64,000 nt of DNA from Pyrinomonadaceae bacterium (GTDB lineage Bacteria > Acidobacteriota > Blastocatellia > Pyrinomonadales > Pyrinomonadaceae). The position numbers and the translations under genes are program-made. Numbering within the stretch: the first letter of the stretch is position 1; every line of letters starts with the position of its first letter. The notes under the pieces were generated by a model, which saw only the letters and a list, made by a program, of their open reading frames with translations, was not told the DNA's origin and did no database searches. Location of the stretch: NCBI GenBank assembly GCA_044224355.1, contig JBGAKP010000002.1, positions 152,626 through 216,625 on the forward strand, given 5' to 3'. Of this stretch, positions 1 to 8,665 are shown one piece after another.

Positions 1-1
1 C

Positions 2-757
2 GGCGATTCGCTCTATGTTGGCGTTGCACCCGCCGCACTGTTTGAATCGCACGACCAAGGCGAGACGTGGAAATTGAACAGCGGACTCTGGAAGCATCCT
101 CATCGAAAAAAATGGACGCCCGGCTTCGGCGGCCTGTGCCTTCACACGATAGTGACGGACCCAAAGAACAAGAACGATATCAAGATAGCAATTTCGACCG
201 GCGGCGTTTACCAATCGAATGACGGCGGCGGAAAATGGCAGGTTACGAATACCGGAGTTTCCGCATACTTTCTGCCTGACAAATATCCTGAATTTGGCCA
301 ATGCGTTCATAAGATCGCAAGACACCCGTCAAAAAAGAAGATCTTCTTTCTTCAGAATCATCACGGCGTCTATCGCAGCCGCGACGGCGCGGTTACATGG
401 GAAGAGATCGAGAGCGGACTGCCGTCAAATTTCGGCTTTGGCCTAACGGTCAGCGAAAGCGGCTCCGCCTTTATCATCCCGCTGCAAAAGGATGCTGAAA
501 GGTTCACCTGCGACGGTAAACTCCGGGTATATCGAACACGTGATGACGGCCGTTCCTGGCAGCCGCTTGCGAAAGGCCTGCCGCAAAAACACGCTTACGA
601 AGTTGTCCTTCGCGATTCGATGACATCGACGGGCAATAATATTTTTTTCGGCACAAAGAACGGCAAATTATTTGGTTCATTCGACGACGGCGATTCGTGG
701 AAAATGATCGAAGGCTCGCTGCCCGAGATCTGCTGTGTGAAATCCTATTCTTTGTAG
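2..757 (+). CDS. BNR/Asp-box repeat beta-propeller protein (sialidase/glycosidase-like), 5'-truncated by window edge
   Basis: The frame of ORF 74..757 stays open back to nt 2 (hand translation GDSLYVGVAPAALFESHDQGETWKLNSG...). Five Asp-box motifs S/T-x-D-x-G-x-T/S-W: SHDQGETW, SNDGGGKW, SRDGAVTW, TRDDGRSW, SFDDGDSW. Confidence 0.75.
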   Translation, partial: GDSLYVGVAPAALFESHDQGETWKLNSGLWKHPHRKKWTPGFGGLCLHTIVTDPKNKNDIKIAISTGGVYQSNDGGGKWQVTNTGVSAYFLPDKYPEFGQCVHKIARHPSKKKIFFLQNHHGVYRSRDGAVTWEEIESGLPSNFGFGLTVSESGSAFIIPLQKDAERFTCDGKLRVYRTRDDGRSWQPLAKGLPQKHAYEVVLRDSMTSTGNNIFFGTKNGKLFGSFDDGDSWKMIEGSLPEICCVKSYSL

Positions 758-848
758 CGGTTTGTGCTTTTTCTCGGCATCTTTGCGTTTCTGCGGTAAA
801 TGATTTACCGCAAAGCCGCAGAGAATGTAAGAAGACGGGAGTTCGTTT

Positions 849-1127
849 ATGGCGGTAACCGTTCACTTGAGTGGCCATCTTAAGCCTTTTTCCGGCGGTG
901 CTGTCGAAATTGATCTTGCGGGTGAATTCGCGACGGTTGGTGACGCCCTTGACTCGCTTTGGAAACACCATTCGGCCCTTCGTGACCGAGTACTTACCGA
1001 CGCCGGTGAGATACGCCGGCACGTCAACGTCTTTGCGGGAACTGCGGACGTCAAACGCTTGAAGGGACTTTCAACTCCGCTCACGACTAGCGAACTCCAT
1101 ATTTTCAATGCGGTAAGCGGTGGTTGA
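849..1127 (+). CDS. MoaD/ThiS-family ubiquitin-like small sulfur-carrier protein
   Basis: 92 aa, ending in ...NAVSGG directly before the stop codon (C-terminal Gly-Gly). Length and beta-grasp-like pattern fit the MoaD/ThiS family. Confidence 0.65.
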   Translation: MAVTVHLSGHLKPFSGGAVEIDLAGEFATVGDALDSLWKHHSALRDRVLTDAGEIRRHVNVFAGTADVKRLKGLSTPLTTSELHIFNAVSGG

Positions 1128-1194
1128 TCTAAGATGGAGGTGTTTTGGCAGCAATTGAAGAGTTTTTTGTGAAACGATGTGTCAGCTTTCATAG

Positions 1195-1788
1195 ATGCTC
1201 ATAAAGAACATCATTCTCGAAAGGATAAGATCGGGCGAGATCACATTGATCTTTCGCCGATGGAAGCGCGCCGGCGTCAAGGCCGGAGGCACACAGTTGA
1301 CCCAACTTGGCGTGGTCGGCATCGACTCGGTCGAGATCATCAAGGAAAGCCGTATCACCGCCAAAGACGCGATCGCCGCCGGTTATACCTCGCGAAAGGC
1401 ATTGATCGAAGATCTATATGACCGTGACGAGGACATTTACCGAATAGCCGTTCGGTGGGTGGGTGAAGACCCGCGCAAAACTCTTCGGCAACAGGCCGAT
1501 CTTTCAAAAAACGAGGTCAACGAGATCATTGAAAAGTTAAAACGGCTCGATGACGGCGGAAAGCGCGGCAAATGGACACAGCTGTATTTGCAAATGATCA
1601 AGGACCAGCCAAATATTCACGCCGCGATTCTGGCTGAGCAGATCGGGCTCGACATTCCGCGATTCAAACCGTGGGTCCGAAAGCTGAAGGCCCTTGGCCT
1701 GACCGAGTCCCTTCGGCCCGGATATCGGTTGTCGCCACGCGGAGAAAAGGTATTAACAGCTTTAAGAAACTTGTCCGCGAAGGGCTAG
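1195..1788 (+). CDS. Hypothetical protein, ASCH/PUA-like N-terminal domain plus winged-helix-like C-terminal domain
   Basis: 197-aa ORF. The N-terminus (ILERIRSGEITLIFRRWKR...GVVGIDSVEII...ITAKDAIAAGY) resembles the ASCH fold pattern. The C-terminus (IHAAILAEQIGLDIPRFKPWVRKLKALGLTES) looks like a wHTH. Assignment is by eye only. Confidence 0.5.
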   Translation: MLIKNIILERIRSGEITLIFRRWKRAGVKAGGTQLTQLGVVGIDSVEIIKESRITAKDAIAAGYTSRKALIEDLYDRDEDIYRIAVRWVGEDPRKTLRQQADLSKNEVNEIIEKLKRLDDGGKRGKWTQLYLQMIKDQPNIHAAILAEQIGLDIPRFKPWVRKLKALGLTESLRPGYRLSPRGEKVLTALRNLSAKG

Positions 1789-1841
1789 GCATTCCGAAAG
1801 TTCAAGTGTTTCCTCCAACTGTACTCACCCGTAGTGCGGCA

Positions 1842-3017
1842 TTAATAGAGCAAGAACGGATGCCTGGCTTCGGCGAACTCTGATTCGCCACTCGTCCATG
1901 TATCCTCGATCGCCCGGAGAGAAACGCCGTCTTCGATCTGTTTTCTTATCTTGTCCGTTCCGCAAACCACGTCGAAAGGGTTTTGATCAAAAACATACTC
2001 GTATGGGTCACGCTTCCACTCAAAGCTATCTTTGTAAAGGTCATACGCGGTTTTGATCATTGCAATACCGACGATGACCGGTGTGAACGCTTCGCGGTTG
2101 GTGATATGGAGCTGCAGGCCGCCGCATGTGCTGCCGGCCCATTTTTGAAAGGTTGGGCGAAAAAAAACGTGCCGAAATTTTACGCCGTCAAATTTATAGG
2201 TTTCGAGAGCGTCGATCCAGGCGTAAGGATCAATGAATGGGGCACCGTTAAGTTCGAACGGCTTGGTGGTGCCGCGGCCTTCGCTAAGTTCGGTGCCTTC
2301 GATGTGAACGGTCGCGGGAAAAACTACGCACGAATCGACGGTTGGCAGATTTGGCGACGGCAATATCCAGGAAAGGCCCGTCTCGTCACCCCACATTCCA
2401 CGCTGCCAGGCGCTCATTTCGACGACCGTAAGGTCGCAGCCGATTCCGAAGTGTTCGTTGAACATCTTCGCCAGTTCGCCGATCGTCATTCCATGACGGG
2501 TCGGCAGCTCGAATTGGCCTACAAATGACTTGAAATCGTGCTCGGTGATATTGCCTTCGACGGCGAGCCCGTTGATCGGGTTCGGGCGGTCGCAGACAAC
2601 AACGCGTTTTCCGAACCGCTTCGCCGCCCGCATACAGTTGGCCATCGTGTAAACAAAGGTATATATGCGGCAGCCAACATCCTGCAGATCAATGACGAAC
2701 GTGTCGATGTCCCTGACCATTAATTCAGTCGGTTCGCGGGTCTCGCTGTAAAGTGAATAGACCGGCAGTCCCGTCCGAGCATCGCGGGAATGATCGGTCT
2801 CGATCATATTGTCCTGAACGTCGCCTCGAATACCGTGTTGAGGCCCGAAAAGGGTCGTTAGCGTGAAGTTCTCATTTGCCGCGAATACATCTGCAGCGTG
2901 GGCGAAGGTGTCCGGCATCACCGATGCCTGATTGCAGACCAGCCCGACCCGCTGGCCGCGTATCACATCTATCTCGTCATTTATGAGACGTTCTACACCA
3001 AGAATTGTCCTCGACAT
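1842..3017 (-). CDS. namZ: DUF1343 family protein, exo-beta-N-acetylmuramidase NamZ-like
   Basis: 391 aa with typical DUF1343 blocks: RVGLVCNQAS, LFGPQHG, VIDLQDVGCRIYT, CDRPNP, LPSPN.P. Confidence 0.8.
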   Translation of the reverse strand: MSRTILGVERLINDEIDVIRGQRVGLVCNQASVMPDTFAHAADVFAANENFTLTTLFGPQHGIRGDVQDNMIETDHSRDARTGLPVYSLYSETREPTELMVRDIDTFVIDLQDVGCRIYTFVYTMANCMRAAKRFGKRVVVCDRPNPINGLAVEGNITEHDFKSFVGQFELPTRHGMTIGELAKMFNEHFGIGCDLTVVEMSAWQRGMWGDETGLSWILPSPNLPTVDSCVVFPATVHIEGTELSEGRGTTKPFELNGAPFIDPYAWIDALETYKFDGVKFRHVFFRPTFQKWAGSTCGGLQLHITNREAFTPVIVGIAMIKTAYDLYKDSFEWKRDPYEYVFDQNPFDVVCGTDKIRKQIEDGVSLRAIEDTWTSGESEFAEARHPFLLY

Positions 3018-3121
3018 ATCAGACCTCTGAAAAATGAACCCGCACGAAAATCAGGGACTGGGCGATGCCGAAAAAGGCATCGTCCCCGTTTTCGCACGGG
3101 CCAAATAAAATATAGACGGCG

Positions 3122-3454
3122 CTATTTGGCGTCAACCACAGGCGAGTCGGGAGCGTTCTTGCCGACCGAGGCGATGCCGTTCTCCATCGATGCCTTTGTT
3201 TTATACATCTCGCTCTTTCCGATCGGCTCGCCGTTCGCGGCCTTTAACACGAAGTAAGCGGATCCGTCTTTCGCGGTTTTGCGCTCAAAGCGTTTGTCGT
3301 TAGCGGAGTTTTTCCTTACCGACTCGATTCCTTTGACCGCCGCTGCACGAGAGTCATAGGCCTCGCTTGTCAGAATGATCTGGCCATTGCTGGCTTTTAG
3401 ATTAAAGCGAAATTTGCCGGTTTTGCCGGCCTTGATCTCAAATTTTCCTGCCAT
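3122..3454 (-). CDS. yegP: YegP family protein (tandem DUF1508)
   Basis: 110 aa with two repeats of the DUF1508 pattern: FRFNLKASNGQIILTSEAY...A.KGIESV and YFVLKAANGEPIGKSEMY...MENGIASV. Confidence 0.85.
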   Translation of the reverse strand: MAGKFEIKAGKTGKFRFNLKASNGQIILTSEAYDSRAAAVKGIESVRKNSANDKRFERKTAKDGSAYFVLKAANGEPIGKSEMYKTKASMENGIASVGKNAPDSPVVDAK

Positions 3455-3539
3455 TTATTTTCTCCTGATCAAAATCTCCAGTCTAATAAATCTGGGAGCG
3501 ATAAAAATATCGCACAGAGCCGAAATAACAGCAAATTCC

Positions 3540-4025
3540 CTATTCAAGAAAATCGTGCGGCATTTCGCGCGGCGCGAGATTGTTTCGGGTAATTATGCGG
3601 GCGCAGCCATTCCAACGCAGGATAGCATCGTCGTTGCCCGCGGGCCTTGACGCTTCGGCTTGCTCAAAACAATCCATTGCCTGACGGAACAATTCGTAAG
3701 CGCCGACGCCGTCCTTGCTCAGCACCGCCTTGGCCCTCCGCTCATACACGATGCCTGCAAAATAGCTGCGTTCATAATCTCCGTGTATCTTCAGTAGGTA
3801 CTCTGTGACACGCGAGTCTCCGACCGCATAGTCCTTGCCAAATCGGTCACTCATAGCGAGAACTATGCCTTCGAGAGCTTCTTGATTGTCCGGATCGATG
3901 CCGAGAACGTCAAGATATATGCTCTCGGCGGCACCGGGTTCGTTCAGGAGACGATACCGATTTGCCTTTTCAAGAGCGGATGGGATCGCATCGCTTGATA
4001 ACGGCTTTAACTCGAACATACTCAC
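3540..4025 (-). CDS. Hypothetical soluble helical-repeat (TPR-like) protein, last gene of the sdh transcription unit
   Basis: 161-aa ORF. The GTG at 4025 overlaps the upstream stop (GTGA), or an ATG at 4019 could be used. Helical, TPR-like composition. No family recognised. Confidence 0.55.
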   Translation of the reverse strand: MSMFELKPLSSDAIPSALEKANRYRLLNEPGAAESIYLDVLGIDPDNQEALEGIVLAMSDRFGKDYAVGDSRVTEYLLKIHGDYERSYFAGIVYERRAKAVLSKDGVGAYELFRQAMDCFEQAEASRPAGNDDAILRWNGCARIITRNNLAPREMPHDFLE

Positions 4026-4306
4026 TTATCTCCTTTTAACGCTGCAAATGCGGCTTCGTTTCGTCTCCACTTGATAAACCCAACTATCCCACCAAACAAA
4101 ACGCCATGCAATAAAAAGGTTAGCCATGTTCGCGGCGCCGTGAAATATTGCCCGATCGACTGCCCTTCTTCTCTAAGGACCAGGATCCCGATGATCTGCA
4201 TTACCACCGCGAACGGGCCGCCCGTGAATACTATGCCGTCGATCAGAATATAGCGGCCAAGCCCCCTAAGTCGTTTTTCTGCCCAATTTGGAGGAAAGTC
4301 GCTCAT
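4022..4306 (-). CDS. Small membrane protein (2 predicted TM helices) coupled to sdhB
   Basis: 94 aa. The ATG at 4306 overlaps the sdhB stop (ATGA at 4303-4306). Two hydrophobic segments: GIVFTGGPFAVVMQIIGILVL and WLTFLLHGVLFGGIVGFI. Confidence 0.6.
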   Translation of the reverse strand: MSDFPPNWAEKRLRGLGRYILIDGIVFTGGPFAVVMQIIGILVLREEGQSIGQYFTAPRTWLTFLLHGVLFGGIVGFIKWRRNEAAFAALKGDK

Positions 4307-5043
4307 TTGCGGCGAAACAGCTTTACCAGCTTCTTCAAGGGATCGTAATGCTCATCGACAACCCTTTCCTTTAGCGGAATTATCGCATTGTCCGTGATCG
4401 TTATACTTTCGGGGCACACCTTGGTACAGCATTTTGTGATGTTGCAGTAGCCGATGCCAAATAGGTCCTTCAAGTCCTCTGTACGGTCTTCCGTATCCAG
4501 CGGATGCATTTCCAAAGCCGCAGCATACACCAAAAAACGCGGTCCGATAAACTCTTCGTGTTTATGATGATCGCGCAATACGTGACACACGTCCTGGCAT
4601 AAAAAACATTCAATACATTTACGAAACTCCTGGACACGATCAACGTCTGACTGCTGGATCCGCCATGTGCCATCCTCGGCGTCGGGCGGACGCGGCTTGA
4701 ATTTTTTGATGCGTTTCTTTACGTCAAAATTCCAGGAAACGTCCGTAGCAAGGTCCTTGATCGGCGGAAACGACCGCATTGGCTCGATGGTGACAGGCCG
4801 GGCCAGATCAATGGTATCTAGCCGGGTCATGCACATCAACTTCGGCATTCCATTTATCTCAGCAGAGCACGATCCGCATTTGCCTGCCTTGCAGTTCCAG
4901 CGGCAGGCAAGGTCCGGGGCCGACTCGGCCTGTATCTGATGCACCGCATCAAGCACGACCATCCCTTCGGACACCTCGGTCTGGTAATCGACCAATTCCC
5001 CGCCTTCTCGCCCGCCTCTTCTGATACTAAATGTTGCTTTCAT
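4303..5043 (-). CDS. sdhB: Succinate dehydrogenase/fumarate reductase iron-sulfur subunit
   Basis: Cys clusters CRWNCKAGKCGSCSAEING (2Fe-2S), CIECFLCQDVC and CTKVCPESI (4Fe-4S/3Fe-4S). Start trimmed to MKATFSIRR (ATG 5043), because the ORF-track N-terminal extension looks non-coding. Confidence 0.9.
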   Translation of the reverse strand: MKATFSIRRGGREGGELVDYQTEVSEGMVVLDAVHQIQAESAPDLACRWNCKAGKCGSCSAEINGMPKLMCMTRLDTIDLARPVTIEPMRSFPPIKDLATDVSWNFDVKKRIKKFKPRPPDAEDGTWRIQQSDVDRVQEFRKCIECFLCQDVCHVLRDHHKHEEFIGPRFLVYAAALEMHPLDTEDRTEDLKDLFGIGYCNITKCCTKVCPESITITDNAIIPLKERVVDEHYDPLKKLVKLFRRK

Positions 5044-5141
5044 TTGAAACGCGGACACCCTCGTCCGCAACAGCCGCTCGCGGCCGCAAACCTTTTGTTC
5101 GCGCTTCGCGCACACTGCGGACGAGGGCGTCCGCGTTCCCG

Positions 5142-6953
5142 TCAGCCCATCTCTTCGATCACCCGCTTCAGTTCGTCCGGCATCTCCGGTATAGGGACGC
5201 GCGAAATGTCCATCGCTCCGTCGTCAGCTTTTTTGAGTGATAGGTTGAACTTGGCAAACTCCGGATCCTTCGACGGATGATCCTCTCGAAAGTGCCCGCC
5301 GCGGCTTTCGCGACGCTCGATGCCTGCACGGGTGATCGCCTCCGATACGATCAGCAAATTATGAAGGTCAAGTGCCGTATGCCACCCCGGATTATAGTCG
5401 ATATTTCCCGGCACAAAGGTGTTTGCCGATCGATTTCGCAAAATATCGATCTGATTCAGCGCCCGGATCATCTCTTCTTCGTTCCTAACGATCCCGACCA
5501 GGTCCTGCATCATCTCCTGCAGGTCGTGCTGGATCGAATACGGGTTCTCGCCTCCCGCACGTTCGAACGGCGCCAAGGCATTCTTTGCCTTGCTGTCTAT
5601 GTCATTGATGTCGATCTTGCCGTGGCCGTTCTCTTTGGCAAAGGCCGCCGCATATTCACCTGCCCGTTTGCCGAAGACGATCAGGTCGGAAAGTGAATTT
5701 CCACCAAGGCGATTTGCACCGTTGATCCCCGCCGCGCATTCGCCCGCCGCAAATAATCCCGGAACGGTCGATGCCTGGCTTTCGGCATCGACTCGAATGC
5801 CGCCCATTATGTAATGAGTTGTCGGGCCGACTTCCATCGGCGTTGTGGTGATGTCCAGATTGGCAAGCTGCTTGAACTGGTGATACATCGACGGCAGCTT
5901 CTTCTTTATATGTTCAGGGGCGTTCTGCAGCTTTTCTTTGATCCATGCGATATCCAGAAAGACCCCGCCGTGCGGGCTGCCACGCCCTTCTTTGACCTCT
6001 CGCACGATGCAGCGGGCAACGTGGTCGCGTGTTAATAATTCCGGCGGGCGTCGGGCGTTCTTGTCTCCGGTCACATATCGCCAGCCTTCGTCCGGATCGT
6101 CCGCCGTCTGGTCTTTATAGTTGTCCGGGATATCTTCGAACATGAACCGCGTACCCAAATTGTTCTTCAATATGCCGCCTTCGCCGCGGACTCCTTCAGT
6201 GACAAGCAAGCCGCGGACGCTGGGAGGCCAGACCATTCCCGTCGGATGGAACTGAATGAATTCCATGTCGATCAATTCGGCGCCCGCGTCGTAGGCCAAC
6301 GCATGGCCGTCACCGGTCCCTTCCCAGCTATTGCTCGTTATTTTGTATGCCCGGCCGACACCGCCGGTCGCCAGTATCACCGCTTTCGACTTGAAAATCC
6401 GGAATCGCCCACGTTCCCGCTCGTAAGCAAAACAGCCTACAACACGCCCGCTGTCTTTCAGCAGCGCGACCACGGTAACTTCCATATGGACCTCAATTCC
6501 CTGATGGATACCGTGGTCCTGGAGTGTTCGTATCAATTCAAGGCCGGTTCGATCACCGACATGGGCGAGGCGCGGATATCGATGTCCGCCAAAGTTTCGC
6601 TGAAGTATCTTGCCGTCTTTCGTTCGGTCAAATACGGCACCCCAAGCCTCAAGCTCGCGTACGCGGTCAGGGGCCTCCTTTGCGTGGAGTTCAGCCATCC
6701 GCCAGTTGTTGACGTATTGGCCGCCACGCATCGTGTCGCTAAAATGAACCTTCCAGTTATCACGGTCATCAACATTGCCGATGGCCGCTGCCATTCCGCC
6801 CTCCGCCATTACCGTATGGGCCTTGCCCAACAGCGATTTGCAGATAAGGCCAACGCTCACGCCCGCCGCAGACGCCTCGATAGCCGCACGAAGCCCCGCG
6901 CCGCCTGCGCCGATGACAAGAACATCGAATTCGAATGTTGGGTATTCAGACAT
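5142..6953 (-). CDS. sdhA: Succinate dehydrogenase/fumarate reductase flavoprotein subunit
   Basis: 603 aa. FAD fold VLVIGAGGAGLRAA, the FHPTG block, and the SRGGHFREDHP active-site region typical of SdhA/FrdA. Confidence 0.95.
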   Translation of the reverse strand: MSEYPTFEFDVLVIGAGGAGLRAAIEASAAGVSVGLICKSLLGKAHTVMAEGGMAAAIGNVDDRDNWKVHFSDTMRGGQYVNNWRMAELHAKEAPDRVRELEAWGAVFDRTKDGKILQRNFGGHRYPRLAHVGDRTGLELIRTLQDHGIHQGIEVHMEVTVVALLKDSGRVVGCFAYERERGRFRIFKSKAVILATGGVGRAYKITSNSWEGTGDGHALAYDAGAELIDMEFIQFHPTGMVWPPSVRGLLVTEGVRGEGGILKNNLGTRFMFEDIPDNYKDQTADDPDEGWRYVTGDKNARRPPELLTRDHVARCIVREVKEGRGSPHGGVFLDIAWIKEKLQNAPEHIKKKLPSMYHQFKQLANLDITTTPMEVGPTTHYIMGGIRVDAESQASTVPGLFAAGECAAGINGANRLGGNSLSDLIVFGKRAGEYAAAFAKENGHGKIDINDIDSKAKNALAPFERAGGENPYSIQHDLQEMMQDLVGIVRNEEEMIRALNQIDILRNRSANTFVPGNIDYNPGWHTALDLHNLLIVSEAITRAGIERRESRGGHFREDHPSKDPEFAKFNLSLKKADDGAMDISRVPIPEMPDELKRVIEEMG

Positions 6954-7014
6954 TTACCAAGCAGCTACGTGATCTTCCGAAACGATCACCGGGCAATTTC
7001 ACAATATCCGCGGC

Positions 7015-7815
7015 CTAAAAAAATCGATGATCGGTCCACACGCCCATCGAACAAAGTCGAACATAAACGTCGGAAAATCCGACGACAAACAAGCTGATCC
7101 ACGCGAAGAGCATATGATGCTTATTCAGGCCGGTCACGCAGGAATATGCATTTTGCCTGACAGGCTTGTTCGAAAGCACGTCAAAGACGCCGCCGATCAA
7201 ATGTCTTAGGCTGTGACAGCCCAGCGTGTAGAGGCCCAAGCACACGACATTTGCCGTAAGAACGACCGTACCTACCCCGATTCCGAAGTGTTCTCGCCCG
7301 TCGGCACCAGCGAACCACATTGCCTTCCATGCGTCATGCGCGAGAAAGACGAGAAACAGAAGTGCAAGATAAAGAAAGTACCGATGAATGTTCTGTAGGA
7401 TCAGCGGAAATTTGCGCTCGCCGCGATATCCTGAACGCGGTTCGCCGACAGCGCATGCCGGAGGATCGCCCCAAAATGCCTTGTAATAGGCGCCGCGATA
7501 ATAATAACAAGTGAACCTGAAGCCGCCTGGCGCCCAGAGTATCAACAATGCGGGCGAAAACGGCAGCCATGCCGGAATCCATTCCGGTTTTGGCCCGAAC
7601 CATGCGTGGGGCGACGAACCAAATAACTCCGGTGAATAGAACGGCGACAAATAGTTACCGAATGTGTAGTGATCGCCTTGAAAGGCCGCCCACGTTGAAT
7701 ATACGACAAATGCTCCAAGCCCCAGGAAAGTAAGGGCCGGCGCGACCCACCAGCCGTCCTTACGCATCGTTTGGCCAAATCCACGCCGCTCGATCGAAAC
7801 CAGGTTAGATGCCAT
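7015..7815 (-). CDS. sdhC: Succinate dehydrogenase membrane anchor / cytochrome b-like subunit (single large anchor)
   Basis: 266 aa with multiple TM helices and conserved-looking His residues (IHRYF, HSLRH, KHHM). It lies 61 nt upstream of sdhA on the same strand. Called from context plus hydrophobicity. Confidence 0.7.
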   Translation of the reverse strand: MASNLVSIERRGFGQTMRKDGWWVAPALTFLGLGAFVVYSTWAAFQGDHYTFGNYLSPFYSPELFGSSPHAWFGPKPEWIPAWLPFSPALLILWAPGGFRFTCYYYRGAYYKAFWGDPPACAVGEPRSGYRGERKFPLILQNIHRYFLYLALLFLVFLAHDAWKAMWFAGADGREHFGIGVGTVVLTANVVCLGLYTLGCHSLRHLIGGVFDVLSNKPVRQNAYSCVTGLNKHHMLFAWISLFVVGFSDVYVRLCSMGVWTDHRFF

Positions 7816-7929
7816 AACGAAACCGAAGAGGGCCTGAGTCCTTTCCTATTTGCATTTGCGGGAAACTGCTAATCGTTTTACGTCATATCCGGCGTCAAGT
7901 CAAGCAAATCAGTATGTTACGAGCTTGAT

Positions 7930-8541
7930 CTACGACTCGAACAGCACCTCGAGCTTTTCATCGAGCTGTTCGGATGCGAGGTCGCATTCAAATCCGCGCA
8001 ACAGATCCATACCGCCATCGAGGAGCCATGCCTTTTGAATATCCTTGCCGTCGAGCACCACCGGCATGGCCCTGTGAAAGCGGGACATAAAATCATTCGC
8101 TTCGGTGGTGATGACGGCGAACGAACGACGGGCAACACCCTCTTCGAACCAGGTTGACCACAGGCCTGCGAGGGCAAAAGGATGCCGCCCGTTGACGAAT
8201 ATCTCGACCGGAGGCCGGCCTTTTTCCGGCCATTCGTAAAAACTTGTAACGGGCATTATGCATCGCTTGTTCTTCAGCAAATTTCGCCACAAAGGACTTT
8301 TTTCAAGCCGCTCTATATTGGCATTGAATGTCGCATACTTCGTACTCCATTCCTTTGAGCCGTCGAACTGGCACCACCAACGGGCGTCCGCGGTCAATAT
8401 CGATTCGCGGTCATTTATCACGATATCGACACTCTGAGTCGGCTTGATATTGCCCCGAAAAAGATCGCCCTGCGGATCGAATTCGTAAACGTAATTTTTG
8501 AAATCTTCGCGTTTTCCGCGTTGAGATGCCCGTCCGCACAT
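7930..8541 (-). CDS. yedK: SOS response-associated peptidase (SRAP, YedK/HMCES-like abasic-site processing protein)
   Basis: Starts MCGR (catalytic Cys2). Also has the FYEW block and the AGLW...TTEAN...H.RMPV pattern of the SRAP family. Confidence 0.9.
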   Translation of the reverse strand: MCGRASQRGKREDFKNYVYEFDPQGDLFRGNIKPTQSVDIVINDRESILTADARWWCQFDGSKEWSTKYATFNANIERLEKSPLWRNLLKNKRCIMPVTSFYEWPEKGRPPVEIFVNGRHPFALAGLWSTWFEEGVARRSFAVITTEANDFMSRFHRAMPVVLDGKDIQKAWLLDGGMDLLRGFECDLASEQLDEKLEVLFES

Positions 8542-8665
8542 ATTATTTACCGGATTTGGTTATGAGAACACTTATCTACTCGATATTCAAGGAAAAGTGC
8601 CCGCATCTCGAACCGGCAACTGCATAAGAACTTGTCTATCGAGGCCATTATATTATCCTTTATCT

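Noticed and set aside
792-812. Perfect 9-bp hairpin (tgcggtaaa / tttaccgca, 3-nt loop) after the BNR gene
   Set aside because: It is not followed by a T-tract, so it is not a convincing intrinsic terminator. There is no other evidence of function.
4303-5115. Long N-terminal extensions given by the ORF track. Examples: sdhB to 5115, rfbD to 25667, GT2 to 55791, GrdB-like from 59506, wzc from 22060, aminotransferase from 8597.
   Set aside because: The internal starts give canonical protein N-termini and ATGA overlaps or sensible gaps with the upstream gene. The extensions are Arg/Cys-rich and overlap neighbouring genes.
6246-7097. 283-aa plus-strand ORF antisense to sdhA
   Set aside because: It lies entirely opposite the highly recognisable sdhA and sdhC coding sequence and has no recognisable motifs. 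It is typical of the long antisense ORFs seen in GC-biased coding DNA.
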